DNA of 64,000 nucleotides, taken from Yuukianura sp. NJ FZ-2021 (Eukaryota). Below, in pieces: positions 39,750 through 53,032 of the stretch. A model generated the notes under the pieces. It searched no databases. It worked only from the letters and a program-made list of their open reading frames with translations, and was not told the origin of the DNA. Location: the NCBI GenBank assembly GCA_046563655.1, contig CM102284.1, positions 1,922,001-1,986,000 on the forward strand, in the 5' to 3' direction. The position numbers were made by a program, and so were the translations under genes. Each line of letters begins with the position of its first letter. Positions within the stretch are counted from its first letter, which is position 1.

Positions 39750-40068
39750 TCAACTGAATTATACCACGAAATTATCTAATTCTAGCAGACGATTCTAAAT
39801 ACGGTTATTTAAGTTTAATTAGAATCATGAATCAAAGTTTTTCTAGTATAAATGCGAAATTAAACTTTGTATTCTACTACTATAAACGGAGGAAACGAAA
39901 AAAAAAGGAGAATGGTTATTTCCAAAATACCTTATCATTTAGCAGAGAGAACTCTTACTAAAAGACTTACGCCTGTTATAATTAGAAAGTAGCAACTTAC
40001 TTAATCATCAAGATTAGCAAATTGTCGTAGTTTACTTGTTAGTTGTATGGAGTCACGTTGAAACAATA

Positions 40069-40963
40069 CTACTCTCTTCTCAAGTTGTCAAGACGTGCTT
40101 GGAGGTCAGCGTCTGCATCCCCAACGGCAGTGGCAACCGGTGGCTGTTTGCCTGCAGTCGTCAGTCCTCCGGCTGCCTGCGGAAGGCTGGATAGTTTATC
40201 GTTCAGTTGAAGACCAAGTTCGTCGAGTACTTGGGTTACGATCGCATCACTATTTAGAGTAGAACAAGGTAAAAAAAACTATGCTCAAACTGAGTGATAA
40301 ATCACAACACATTCTTCAGCATGACCTAAATATCATACCTCTCTTCTTCGTCCCCTTCGTCGCCCAGGGCATCGTCCATAACGTCGTTCATCATCTCATC
40401 TTTCATGTCCATCATCTCCGACTGCTTCTCAAACTCTTGCAGAATCTTTTGGATTTGTGGAAGGTTCATTTGTCTATAAATCCAAAGTGAAACCATGAAA
40501 ATCATACTTACGGCAAAGAACACGTAAGTCAAAACGTCGACTTATACAACTCTACCTGTTCATACTCTGCATGACCTTGGTAACTCCTTTCATAGCCTGT
40601 GCCATTGCATTCTGACTCCTCAGTGTCTGGATCTTCATGGACACAGCCTGGATGTTAGCCTTCATTAGCAGAAACTTCTTGATGTACCGACGTGTTCGGA
40701 CGAGATCCTTGGCCATTATCCTTACAGCATCCTGAAACAGTCACACACCAGTTTGATCATTATGAAAAAATAAGGTTGAGATTCCGTTAGATTACCATTT
40801 GCCCATCTTTAGCCATTTTCTTTATGTCTGCTATCGTTTTCTTCTCCTGCTGCTCCATATGCAGTCGTTCACGGTCAATATCACGGATGGCTTTGTCCAA
40901 CGCCCTTTTGTTCTTCCTCAACATCTCCTCCGGGGTCATTCGACGACCAAATAGCCACTCCAT
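40069..40963 (-). CDS. CHMP2A: ESCRT-III subunit CHMP2A/Vps2, 4 exons
   Basis: MEWLFGRRMTPEEMLRKNKRALDKA..., QMNLPQIQKILQEFEKQSEMMDMK and C-terminal DADADLQARLDNLRRE. Confidence 0.96.
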
Positions 40964-41625
40964 TGCGACAAATTGCTCAAAGGCACAGTAACTTCAATTA
41001 GAAAAGCTATATACGGAGTTTCTGACGTATTCGAAAGTGACGGTTGGAATTTGGAAATGTAATTATAATTACTGATTAATTGATAGTGACTAATTTAGAC
41101 AGCTCGACCGAATTTTACTTGTGAAATCACAATTCACAAATGACTCACTAAACTTTTTCATTCAAGCATGTCAGCTGATGAAGAAAAAACCGCTGTAGGC
41201 TGGGCCTGTCAACTTCTCTGGTTGACGTAAACTGTAAGAGCACGTTTGTACCCAAACAGTGTAGATCGTGTTGTTTGTTGCTGTCATGGATGTCGCAATC
41301 ATAAGCGACAAATTGAAAGCGCATAATTAAGCTAGGATTAACCTTTGCAAATATTAAATTCACTCGTGTTCAGGCCAGTGACACCAATGCAACATTTTTT
41401 GCTGGCAACTAAGGTAAATATGTTTCGACGACTTTTTTTGTTTGTTTTGAATAATTTATTGAATAAATAAATTCAATATTGATTTTTGGAAATTGTTTTT
41501 AAAAAAAATGAGTATTTTGAATGAATTGGATCAGATCGAATTGAAGCAGATTTTGATAAAGGTCAAAGGTTAAGATTCAGGGGCGGGGTCATCTTATTGC
41601 GTTGGTTGATGGAATGTTGGACTGT

Positions 41626-42987
41626 TTAGTATCCGTAGCTGATTCCGTATCCGTTGAAGTTGAGGGTGGCAACGGCCGGGCTGGAAATTGAAATTTTGAA
41701 ATTTTCATCCTTCCTTGTTTCGAAAATTGTCTTTCGTTTTGGAAATTTACCTGACTGCGCTGTATTGGACTCCGAGGAGTGGGGAAGCGACCTTGGCAAC
41801 TGCTGGGGCAGCGTAGGCAGCTGGGGCGTAGGCAACTGGGGCAGCCTTAGCTACGACTGGAGCGGCGGCAATCTTCAATTTAAAGAAAAACGTTTTTGTA
41901 ACGAAAGAGCTTGTTGCAATGCTAAATGTTACACTGTTAGTGTATAATGGAATCGGGGCATTTCAAATTTTGGCAGGTAATTTCGAGTTTCTTACGGGGG
42001 CATGGGCATATGTTTGGTGGTAGGCGGGGAGAGCTGCAGTCGAGTAGACTGGAGCAGTGGCAAACTACAGTGGAACGAGGGATAACGTTTCATAAGTTAA
42101 ATCTTACATTTCATTCAAGTCAACTTTCGAAATTTTGGAAATTTTTCAACATTGAGAAACTAAAAAACGTTTTTGGTTGTGAGATTTTGTACAATATTGT
42201 ACAAGTTTAGGACTTACAGCTCGGACTGGTGCTGGGGCATAGGTCTGTGAGTAGACTGGGGCGGCAACCTGATGGAAGTTTCAAAATAAAATTTAAAATT
42301 TTTTAGTTTTTCAAAAAAAAAAAATGTTTTTAATCGTATAATAAATGATCTTACTGGGGCAGCGGCGTAGGTTTGTTGGTAGACTGGGGCAGCGGCAACC
42401 TACGGAAATTGCAAATTTGTTAGCATAATCTTCAAATTTCGAAAATTTTCGGTTAAATTTGTCTATACTTTTCATTTTTTTTTTGTAAATTCTTCAAATT
42501 TTAACATAACCCTTACTGGAGCAGCGGCGTAGGTGTGTTGGTAGACTGGGGCAGCGTGGGAGTAGACAGGGGCAGCAGCGATGGCTGGAGCAGCGGCGTA
42601 GAGGGCTGGGTTGGTGATTCTACGGAAAACATTTTCTTGAAATTTTGAAAATCTAAATTTTTGAAATTGGAAAATTTTGAAACTTGTTTACCTGGTGTCA
42701 GTCTTGCGGACGCTGGAGAAGGCGGAGTCAATTGCCTTTTGTTGGTGGGAGATGCTGGATCCAGCGAATCCTCGAACAGTTTGTTCGCTCTGGAGTCCAA
42801 CATGGGGAGAATCATGAACGTAGGTTTGAGATGCCACTGGGTAGGCAGATTGGTACACTTGCGCAGAAGCAACGGCAACAACGGCCAAGACAGACATAAC
42901 CTACTCAAAAATTTTGAAAAATTGAAATTCAAAATTTACAATTTAAAATTGAAATTCAAAATTTCAGGTTCCCACCTTGGAGAGCAT
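41626..42987 (-). CDS. Cuticular protein, CPF family
   Basis: 12-nt first coding exon (MLSK), signal peptide, CPF-like motif SHQQKAIDSAFSSVRKTDTR|ITNP, AAP(V/A)Y repeats and C-terminal VATLNFNGYGISYGY. Confidence 0.88.
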
Positions 42988-43049
42988 GTTGATTGGTTGG
43001 TTTTTGGAGTTGACTTGAAGTCTTTGTTTTTAGAAGTGGAGCACTTGAG

Positions 43050-43089
43050 TGACTGATGACAATTGACTGGCAGTGGATCCTTTTTATAC
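43050..43089 (-). promoter_or_regulatory. TATA box and initiator of the cuticle gene
   Basis: Minus-strand TATAAAA at 43088-43082 lies about 30 nt upstream of an arthropod Inr TCAGT (~43056-43052). Confidence 0.7.
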
Positions 43090-43339
43090 TTGAAATTGCT
43101 GAGGGTAGGGGCAAGTTGAGACAGGAAGGAAGGAAGGGCGTCACCCTCTCAATTGTAGTGTCCAACAAAGTACTTAAGTACTTTTGTATCTTATGTTGCT
43201 CTGACCTCTTGTTGATTATTGGACTACACCTAACTGCTTAAGATGGAGAAATGCAGTTATTGATTAATCAAGTAATTAAGTGGCGGAGGGAGAGGTGTGT
43301 TATGTAACTGAACGATCTCATTCCCTCTGTGACAGGTCG

Positions 43340-43356
43340 AAGGTCACTCTGACCTT
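43340..43356. promoter_or_regulatory. Palindromic nuclear-receptor element (IR3)
   Basis: aAGGTCActcTGACCTt, about 290 bp upstream of the predicted cuticle gene TSS. Confidence 0.45.
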
Positions 43357-45327
43357 ACGTCTCGCTTTTATCCAAATTTGATCTGTACAACAAAAATTGA
43401 AATTAACACACATTCCAAATTCAAAATCAAATCACACTATGAAACTACGTTGTTTAAGTTATGTTAGGTTGAATAGTTTAGGCTAAAGATAGTTAGGTTA
43501 GTATGTCTAAATTCAAGGTAGGTTTTCGTATAAGCGGATCACATATGAAAGAAAAATGTTCTTATTAGTCTTTGCAATATGGCACTAGAGCTGTTTCAGG
43601 AATTCCGGTATATAAATTTTAAAATCTTCAAAAATTTTGAACAATTTTGAACAATGCAATCCATAATTTAAAAAAAAACTTCGTATGCACAAATGTAAAA
43701 AAAAGAAAGAAAGAAAGCTATGCCGCAAACCTGGATTTGTACTCAGCCGTAACTTTCAGACATCTAATTTGTTTTGGATATTTTTTTTTAAAAGCATTTT
43801 TACTTAAGTATTCTTCTATAAATTGATTTTAAGTTGTCCATGAGTTTGAAAATTCATAAATCAATTAATCCTTCATTGATCACAGAAAAATTGGTCGTTA
43901 GTTGTCTGTCTACCTGAACAATAAAAGCGCTCAAACCACCACCCCAACGACCTCGCTTTTTCCTGTTTTCGAAATAATTTGAAGTGAGACAATAAAATAT
44001 TATTTTATGTAAATAATTTTATGTAAAATAATGACACGACCTTTAAAATCCAAATCAAATCGAGAAAAACAAAATAATTAAAAGGGTTTAGAGGAAAGCA
44101 GGAATTGGATTTTTATTTTGTTGATCCAAATTCATAATTGGGCCAGTTAAACTCCTTTCAACTCAACTTTCTGCAAGGTTAACTTTTGTTTCCAAAGGTC
44201 AATTTTTATGGTAATAAAAGACGTAATTTAAAATTGTGAAAAAAGTAATTAAAAACGATCGATCTTGACCTTAACAATTCACGCAGTGTCAAAAACAACT
44301 AATCATACAAAACACAATGACTTTAGTTTTACTAGTCATCGTTTGTAATTTAGGTTTTTTTTTCCGCCATACTTCGAAAACTGGATCTTTTAATTTCAAA
44401 GTTTCACACAAAATGAAAAAGGCATAATTTTATTTACCATTGTAAGGGGCTTGAAAATATTAAAAGCGAGTTAAATTCAAATTGTATACAATTAAATTAA
44501 TTGGAACAAAAAACAAATAAGTTATTACAACTAATTCTTTAATTACTAGGTGCAGCTTAACAGTGAAGAGTGGAATAGCCGGAGGGCATTTTGACCTGGT
44601 GCCAGTTACGACACCTTTAGCCATGCGTTATTAATGGAGTTGATTCTCAATTCAGTTCTTATTTGGATTTGATACAAAAAAGTGAGAAATAGTAGATGCT
44701 GTGATGTGATTGATTTGGTATTTAAAATTCAGAGTACAATTGACTACAATGTACAACACTACTAACCTTGCATCACTTCAACTCTTCATTTTCCCAGTTG
44801 CAAAACACTGTGTAAAACTGAATGTGATTCTTTTTATAGGTATGTAATACCAAATGAGAATGCGGCCAAACAAAAAAAAATGAAAAAAATGTCAATTAAA
44901 TATTTAGGGTTCTGTAAACTCAAACAATTTGCATGTTCCATTAAAAACTTCCGTGACGGTAGCTAATTTATGACGATAGCAGTACTTAAACTGGAAAATG
45001 TCCCTTTGAATATGCTAGATAAGCCATTCTATTGATTTAAGCCATATGGATTTGCTCTACATTATATTCATAATCCCACATCATCAAAGTTATAGTTCAG
45101 TTTCTTTAGATTTTGATCTGTTTTTGTTTAATAACTTTTGAAACATCGGGTTTCTGATAAAAAACATGCACTGACAGCGCTTCCTAAAGTTCCTACTTTA
45201 AAAACAGCACGGAAGTTTACTTACTTTACTGTAAAGATTCATAGCTTACGGTTTAAATAACTCTGACTCTCCTTGGCCGTAGTCTCAACTTGTTTCTGTT
45301 TGTGTGGTCTATTATATTGCTGGGGCA

Positions 45328-47445
45328 ATGTTCAAAACAATTGTAGCTATACTTGTGATTGTTCAAACACATTTACCTTGTGAGGGATTTGTGTTTACCT
45401 CGTTTGCAGTAGGGGGTTTTGAAAACTGTTACATGTTAGTATTTGAATTTCAGGAAAATTTGGCTTTGTTTCCAGCAAAAAATTTCCGCCAGCCCGTAAC
45501 TCTATTTAATCGCCATACCGAAGTATCTGATATTACAAGTCTAAAACGTAAGACTAACGACAGTTTTGGAGAATTAAGACGGCTATGGCCATTTGTGAAG
45601 CAGACTTGCCTATTGTACTATTTGGTGGAACCGAAGTACCGCGGGGATGTCGCTCGAGGTCAATCTGACATTCACGAAATCCTAATATGTCACTCAGTAA
45701 TTATTCGTCCATACTGTTACGGATCCCACACATATATGGTTGTACTGTTCTCGAATATGACTAAAATTGAGTCTTTGCAAAATAAGTATTGGCATTTGCC
45801 GCTTTTTGTAGTAAACTTTCAACCAAATTTGCCAACTCCAACTTCATTTTTGGTTGAGATTGTTCATCCTTGTCATCGAACAATTCGCATGAGTGTTCAA
45901 AATTTGCAAGCATTGGAGGAACATGGACTGCGCAACGTACTAGAACAACTCCACCAGAAGCTGCTTTTTAGTGCATGCCATATCGAGTGGATTGTGAATT
46001 GTCCAATGTCGCCTGAAATCACATTTAACGACGAAAACCTGCTACTCGGACTACGCGTAATTAAAAAGCCGACCTATCAAGCGCACACTCAAATCATTAA
46101 GAACCTCATTGCAAATTTCGACAAGTCCAGTGTGGGGAAAGATGCCCAAAACGAAAACAAAACTATTTTGGCTGGTCAACTTTTTTCAAACCAAGTTACA
46201 TCTGAGGAATGTCAGTTTAGGCCCAAATCCTTTCCACGCACATTTCCAGTCCGCCCGTTTTCAGATTTCAAAATTCATATTGTTGGGATTAAAATTGACG
46301 TCGTCCCCAAAAAATCCGTCCTGAATTTGGCCGGAAGCCAACAAGACATGAACATTTATATTACTCGACAAGTTTCGTTCAACTTTATCAGCTGTGACGA
46401 GCACGTAAAATTTATATCATTTAACGCCCTTGCAGCTCCGTTTAAAAATGATGTGTGGTATACACTAGCAGCGGTGTATTCCATACTGACGATTCTATTG
46501 TTCGTGTATATGAACATTTCGAAATCAAAAGCAAGCGCCTTTTTCATAATGGCACAAATTTTGCTGGAACAGGGCGCAAAAGTGAGCCGGAAAGCTAATT
46601 TCTACAGGTCATACTATGGTTTAATGACTTTATGCTTACTAGGAGTTCTGACTGTGATAAACGCATACAAGGGAATACTTACTGCACGAGCAAGTGCGCC
46701 TCGATACACTCAGCAGCTACAGACGATACAAGAATCAGTGGAGCGCGGCCTTCAACTTCTAGTTGAAGTGAATGATAAGTCAAAGTTTTTTCGTCCCGAA
46801 CGAATTTCGAGCAACATGACATTTCGTGATAGGCGTCGGGTGGCCATCGAATTTGGCAAGAGAAGTCGATTTTATAACCTATTGCATGAAAACGCCAAAG
46901 TGGTATTATTTTTAGACGAAAAGCCGAAGGGAGTAATAAATCAAATACTTGAAAACACCGATCTAAAGTCCACTGTAAATTTCAACACCACTGAAAAACT
47001 GTTGGAATGCAACAAAACAATTTGGGTGGGTGAACAGGATGAGCTGGCAGAATTTCAGCGGCGGAGTGATGTGGTACAATATTTAAAAAACAACTCTGAG
47101 ATAGCTCAGAAATTCTACGTAGGCAAAGATAAATTTATGCCGCACTATGTAGGCTGGGTAGTTAGCCCCAACAAGTGGGATCGGCTACAAAAATTTCATT
47201 TCCGAATCCAACACTTTCTTCAATCAGGCTTAAAAACTCACTTGGAACAATTGGAAACTTTTTTGAATTTGACACGGAGCTTACGCCAAGAGACATTGAG
47301 AGTTTCTAGGAAAATAAAATTATCAATGGAACAAAATTTGGTAGTAGTGACATTTGCTTTGTACTCGGGGTTAATTTTACTCAGCATTCTGATTTTAGTT
47401 GAAGAGTTGGCACGAAATTATGTTACGAAATATTTTAATGCATGA
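45328..47445 (+). CDS. Divergent ionotropic receptor (IR), intronless
   Basis: Signal peptide, pre-M1 ALAAPFKNDVWYTL, pore ILLEQG, M2 INAYKGILTA and a C-terminal TM helix. Confidence 0.78.
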   Translation: MFKTIVAILVIVQTHLPCEGFVFTSFAVGGFENCYMLVFEFQENLALFPAKNFRQPVTLFNRHTEVSDITSLKRKTNDSFGELRRLWPFVKQTCLLYYLVEPKYRGDVARGQSDIHEILICHSVIIRPYCYGSHTYMVVLFSNMTKIESLQNKYWHLPLFVVNFQPNLPTPTSFLVEIVHPCHRTIRMSVQNLQALEEHGLRNVLEQLHQKLLFSACHIEWIVNCPMSPEITFNDENLLLGLRVIKKPTYQAHTQIIKNLIANFDKSSVGKDAQNENKTILAGQLFSNQVTSEECQFRPKSFPRTFPVRPFSDFKIHIVGIKIDVVPKKSVLNLAGSQQDMNIYITRQVSFNFISCDEHVKFISFNALAAPFKNDVWYTLAAVYSILTILLFVYMNISKSKASAFFIMAQILLEQGAKVSRKANFYRSYYGLMTLCLLGVLTVINAYKGILTARASAPRYTQQLQTIQESVERGLQLLVEVNDKSKFFRPERISSNMTFRDRRRVAIEFGKRSRFYNLLHENAKVVLFLDEKPKGVINQILENTDLKSTVNFNTTEKLLECNKTIWVGEQDELAEFQRRSDVVQYLKNNSEIAQKFYVGKDKFMPHYVGWVVSPNKWDRLQKFHFRIQHFLQSGLKTHLEQLETFLNLTRSLRQETLRVSRKIKLSMEQNLVVVTFALYSGLILLSILILVEELARNYVTKYFNA

Positions 47446-47935
47446 ATATCCTTGTGTTATTGGGTAAAAATTAATTCACATACAACAATTGAGGATCAGA
47501 ATATTTTCAACAAATTCTGTACCCCACAATTCAGTACCTCACAATTCTTGGACCCCCGGGGGTCTGGAGGATAGGGTGAACCGGCTGCGCTAAATTGCTT
47601 TACACATAGCAATAAATAATAATATAATAAGGCATATTTATATAATATAATATCGAAAGGAATATGTAATATAACTAAAAAGAAATTTCAATTACATTAG
47701 TATAGAAAGTCGCTCCTTCGTGTTAAGGGTGGGAGGAGCTCTAGAATCACGTAGTGAGCATAATAAAACAAAAAATTTTTTTTTGGAGTCTTAGACGGGG
47801 TTCTTATTACTTAAAGTTTCCAAACACGCGACACCTTTTCAGTATTAATTAATCTAAAAGCATCTGAAAAAGTGGGTAAAACCAACTAGCAAAAACTAAT
47901 ACTGAAGCAAATAGTTGGTTGAAATTTTCAGTAAA

Positions 47936-50550
47936 ATGGAATTCTTCAGTGTTTTGAATGTATTCGAGTACTGCTACCCCATTCTACTATGGAACATGGA
48001 GGACACTTCACCCACTACACTTTCATTTGCTAACTTCAAATTCCCAGTAACCACTGCAAATTTGAAACTGCGCAGTCCAGTGGCACGGAATATGCCAATT
48101 TTTCCAAAGTTAGGAAGATCCGATGACTGCCTGAGTGCGTTCTACATATCACCATTTTACCGTCTCTATGAAAAGAAGGAGAATAAGGCAACTGTGGATG
48201 GAGAATCCGTCAACATCTTGTACGGCATGAACGGAAAAACTGAATATTACAATATTTCATATTTTGGGGATTGGGATTGTGACGTTGGAGCTAAAATCTT
48301 AGGTTGGTGCCCTCAAGAAGTCTACAGCAGAAGTTACTTCAGTCATTCCATAGGATTTTACTATGTCGTAGCCATTCATACTGCGGAAGAATTAAGGACG
48401 ACGACCGTCCAAAACTTCGCCGTGATTAACATGGGTAGTCTTCGGCCCTTTGTTTCAGTCGTACTTACGCCAAATGGAACATCAACTTGCCTCACAATCA
48501 CTGATCCAAACAACGAAGCATTCTGTTCTGTGTCATGTGATTATCAAGTATTGCAAAAATGCTTTTCTAAATTGAAATTTGGAAAAAAAGCTATACCTGC
48601 TGGAATGCACTTGCCACAAAACATTACCGCTCCGTTGCAAAACTTGAGTGAAACGGATATTCGCCGTCAATCGTTGGCGTCCTATGCCGCGCACTCTCGA
48701 AACGTTTCGAAAATATTTTTTGGTAACGCGCAGTGCAGTAATCTTGTTGAAGAGGCGGATGGTACCATTGAAGAAAACATGCGTGAAACGTACCTAGCCG
48801 AGGCTGTGACGAATAAATTTTTGGCGAAAGAGCTTATTCGCGGTAAATTTAACGGCTCGTGGGCTATGTGTTACACAAAATTAGGTTACTCAACTCAAGA
48901 CTATGGACTGCGCATGTACGTTGCAGACAGTAGGAGGTTGTTTACTATAAGACCAGGGGCTTCAGCGGGCCATCTCTATCGTCCGGTTATTCTCAAGGGA
49001 TCGGCCAAGTACAGCTTCTCGTTTCTTGGTTGTTTGAGTCTCAATGGATCAGCTTCTGAACTCTCGTTTCGAGCGTTCGCGAAGCCGTTTGAATACGAAG
49101 TCTGGTGGAGCGTGTTGACCTTTCTTATTACACTGGTACTCTGCATGGCGCCTTTTTTCAAAATTTGGGAAATGCCGGATTCTGTTTCTGTTTTGGTTAT
49201 GAGATTCGTTTTGGAGCAGGGCCTTGTTCTCAGCAGCAAAGTTGAAAGGTCAAACCCATTCAGAATTTTTCTACTGGCAGTCCTTTTCGTTCTATTAGTT
49301 TTCATCAATGGATACAAAAGCTTGGTGACAACTAACATGTTGGCACCAAACCCCGTGCAAGAGGTGACGTCATTCGAACAGGCTGAGGAGCTGAACCTGT
49401 CGTACATGCCAAACGATTGGAATCTGGAAAGAACCTATCATACTACCACAGAGAGTGCTATTGATATTTTACGTATATTTTTCCCGCTTTTCGAAGCTTC
49501 CTACTGGAGGAACGAAACTTTTACGGATACAAAGTATTTGATTCTTTCAAATTTACTTCAAGATCTAATGTGTAGACACGGTTCCTATTTTACGAGAGGA
49601 GGCGATGATGCCCAAGTGAACTACGGCGAGTGGGAAATACGATCTCACACTGCGTATTTACTAAGAATGAAAAAGAATTTTACGCTGGAGGAAGTTTGCA
49701 TGGATTCAAGGTTGAATCTCAGTAGTCATTGGTAAGCTTTTACAATTTTTATCAAAATAAGTTGAACTTGTAACTCCTGCAAGTGAATTTAACTCTTTCA
49801 ATAGTATCATCAGCTTTAAAAGTCAAATGTAAAACATTTTCATCATTTTAAATTAAGAAAGCAAAATCTAAAAGCATTAACCAAATTCTTTGTAGGAAAA
49901 CGATCATGAGACGCCTGGTTCTCCCGAGCGACTTTATTCCTGGCAATGGGAGCTGTGTGCGGGAATTTTTGAAATGCAACGGAACAATGCTGATAGTGAC
50001 AGAACAAGGAATGAACAACCTCCACCTCCGCCTTCTAAATACATCACACGAAAGTCTACATATCTACAAACCAAATTTGGATCCAAATGCAACTTTGCAT
50101 GCTTCAAACAAGCACTACATGCTGTTGTTCAACGATGTATTTGACTACTACTACCTGATGCCTCGGATTCAAGGAATTCGAGATGGTGCCTTTATGTTGC
50201 ACTGGGAGAAAAATTTAGCGTGGTACAATAATACGCTGCTCTACAACAGAAAACTACATTGGTTACAGGTGGAAAGATTGCAGTACTGGAGAACCAAGCA
50301 GTACTTGACACTGTTACAAATAAGCACAGTATTTGTGATTATGGCAACATGTACAGCGGTGTCTATTGTGGCATTGGGGTGTGAAATCTCCATATACAAA
50401 GTCTGGCAGGCATGGATGTCCATTACCACTATAATTCAATCGTGTACAACTAAAGAAACTAAAGAAAAAAGGTTTGTAAGATATGTAAACCGTGTCATAT
50501 CGTTGCAATCTTCAACCGCCGGAACCCTGAATGCAACAAAAACGGTGTAA
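47936..50550 (+). CDS. Divergent ionotropic receptor (IR), 2 exons
   Basis: AFAKPFEYEVWWSV, FVLEQG and FINGYKSLVTTNML. Intron 49732-49895 joins the two ORFs in frame. Final TM helix ISTVFVIMATCTAVSIVALGCE. Confidence 0.78.
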
Positions 50551-51559
50551 ATTTTCTCCCGCTACTTTATATTTTTTATCGGATTAAGATTTAAATTTAA
50601 CTCGGTTCAAAATGAACAAGAAGGAGTTTGTTTTCTTTTGTCTTTTCATTCAGTTTTTTGTAATATTTTAAAGGGTGTTTAAATTTTTGTAATACAATAT
50701 TAGAAGCGAATTTTACCCAAAAACCTTGCCTATACCTAGCAATCGTTTATGCTGTGCGGCGCTAATATTTTGATGGATTCTATGAATAGTAATTTATCTC
50801 AAAGCGAAAATTTTATCCAAACTGAGCACACTTTGGAATGATGCAAGGACAAGGCTGCCAAAATGTCAACAAATTTTAACATCAATTTTCACAATCGACA
50901 TGCATTGCACAAAAAGTTTGCACAAGTTAAAAATAGGCTAAAAAAGTTAGATAAAAAATAGTAATCAAAAAAGTTCATAACATTTACCTTGACTTGTTAC
51001 ATTTTTGGAAAATTTTGAAATTTACATCGGGCTGAAGCTCATTTTTTTGAGCAGCTTTGTCTGTTGTTGAAATGCTTTCACCTTGAAAACTTTATTTGCA
51101 GAAAGAATTGAAAGTTAACAATTTTTCATTGAATAGTTCTTGTGTTTTCATGAGCCGATTACAGGTATAAAAGTAGCGTTTGAACTTAGTGGGTGGAATC
51201 TTCTGGTTTCGGTTGATTAAACGTTTTAACTTCGTATTGTCAAGTAACTTTGTCGTATTTTACAAAGGAAAATTCACAAAAGTAACAAAATTATTCGCTA
51301 ATTGGAGTTCGCTGTTACTTTGTATGTATTTTGTGCTTGTACTTAATGAGACAAAATATAAGAAAGGGAAGTTCATCCAAGCTCAACCACTTCACGCTAC
51401 ATTAATTTATGTCAGCTTTCAATTATTGTAATAAAAAAAGCCGGGACAAATTAGTTCTTACATTTGATATACTAACTTACGCTATTTAAATACGGTTTTA
51501 ACGCTTCGCTTTTTCATTCTTAAAAAACCCGCACTTATTAAACTTTGCAATCGTCCAGC

Positions 51560-53032
51560 ATGAAATCAACAGTCGAAAAATTCATTTTCTTTATCAAGTT
51601 GCAGCGAATTGCTGGAATTTTCCCGCTTCATTTTGTTTATGAAGTAACCAAGCCAGCCAAGACGTGGACGTCGCCTGAACCAATCACATCACCAGAAAAG
51701 CGGTTTTTAAAAGTTGAACTTGCTGGGAAAAAGTTTCAGTATTTTTCTTTTCTAGTTCCCGCTTTTGTCTTCATTCGTGCTTTCGCGTCGATTGCTTTTT
51801 TCCTTTCAAAAATGTCGAACAAAACCCAATCTCTGAAAACCGTTATGTGTGCTCTATTTGTCACCCATATAATTTCAACAATCTTTTTATTTCTTACGAT
51901 ACGAAGATATGCAAAACGCATGGTGACTTTTTTGAACAATTGGCACATTTTGGAAAAAGAAATCGGGAAATGCTGCGATGCAGGTATGCAATTGCAAGTC
52001 TTAAAATTATCATAAAAATTTTTCCATCGGTATTTTCAAATTTATTAAGAACTTGACTTTCTATACTTAGGTAGATTTTATATCTTGCAATATTCATTAT
52101 ACCAATACTATTTTTAATTCTGCGCTTTGCTGCTTTGTTAAAAAGATTTAGCCTCCGGGATGTATGCAACTGTACATTCGATCCATGCAAAACATAATGC
52201 GGGCATTTTCAAGTTACTATCTTACATTACTTTCATATTGCCGTTGGCCATGTTTATACGAAAGGTGGAATCAATACACGACATTCTTCATTCCTATTGG
52301 ATCCTTGGGTTTCAAACTTCACCTCCATCTGCTTTGACTGACGTCATTTACATCGTTACCTCCCTGGAAACTTTAGTATTTATGGAATTATTTTGGATTT
52401 CCGCGTCTACAATTGATCTCATATGTATCAGCTTTCCATTTAGTATCAACAGATGCCTAACTTCCCTAATTCGACTTTCTAATCAAATACAAACATTCAA
52501 CAACTCTGGTAAAGTAATTGTGGAAGACGGTCTAAAGTCAAGCTCGGTAAAAAAGCTCGTTCAATTGAACACCATAATCGGTCTGTACAAGAGAATTCTT
52601 GACATTACACGCTCTTTTAACAGAATGTTTTCTACTTATGTGTTTTATGGAATGTCTGGCATGCTATTTTTTATGTGTTATGCGATCTATGGCTTTACTC
52701 GATTTCGGGAAGGTGTTTCGGATGATACTTTATTATTTTGTGGCTTTGCTGTAATTGGATCAGGATTCCGGTTTTCGTTAATGATCATACTCATGGGTCG
52801 AGTGCACAACTCGTCAATGGCGTTGCAGAATGTCTGGAAGCAAGAGCTGTTGAACGAAAAGGATGATGAAATTTCTACCAACGTATTTCAGAAAAAAGTA
52901 GAAAGTTTGGCCCAAAATTTTACTCCTGTACAGTTCTGGAGTGGCGGTTGTTACGGTGTTTCTTCTTCAACCCTACTAACATTCCTGTCAGTTGTAGCTA
53001 CAAATAGTATTGTACTGCTGCAAATGTTTTAA
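51560..53032 (+). CDS. Gustatory-receptor-like 7TM protein, copy 1
   Basis: Exons 51560-51983 and 52152-53032 (phase 1). Hydrophobic helices and TM7 motif GCYGVSSSTLLTFLSVVATNSIVLLQMF. Confidence 0.85.
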
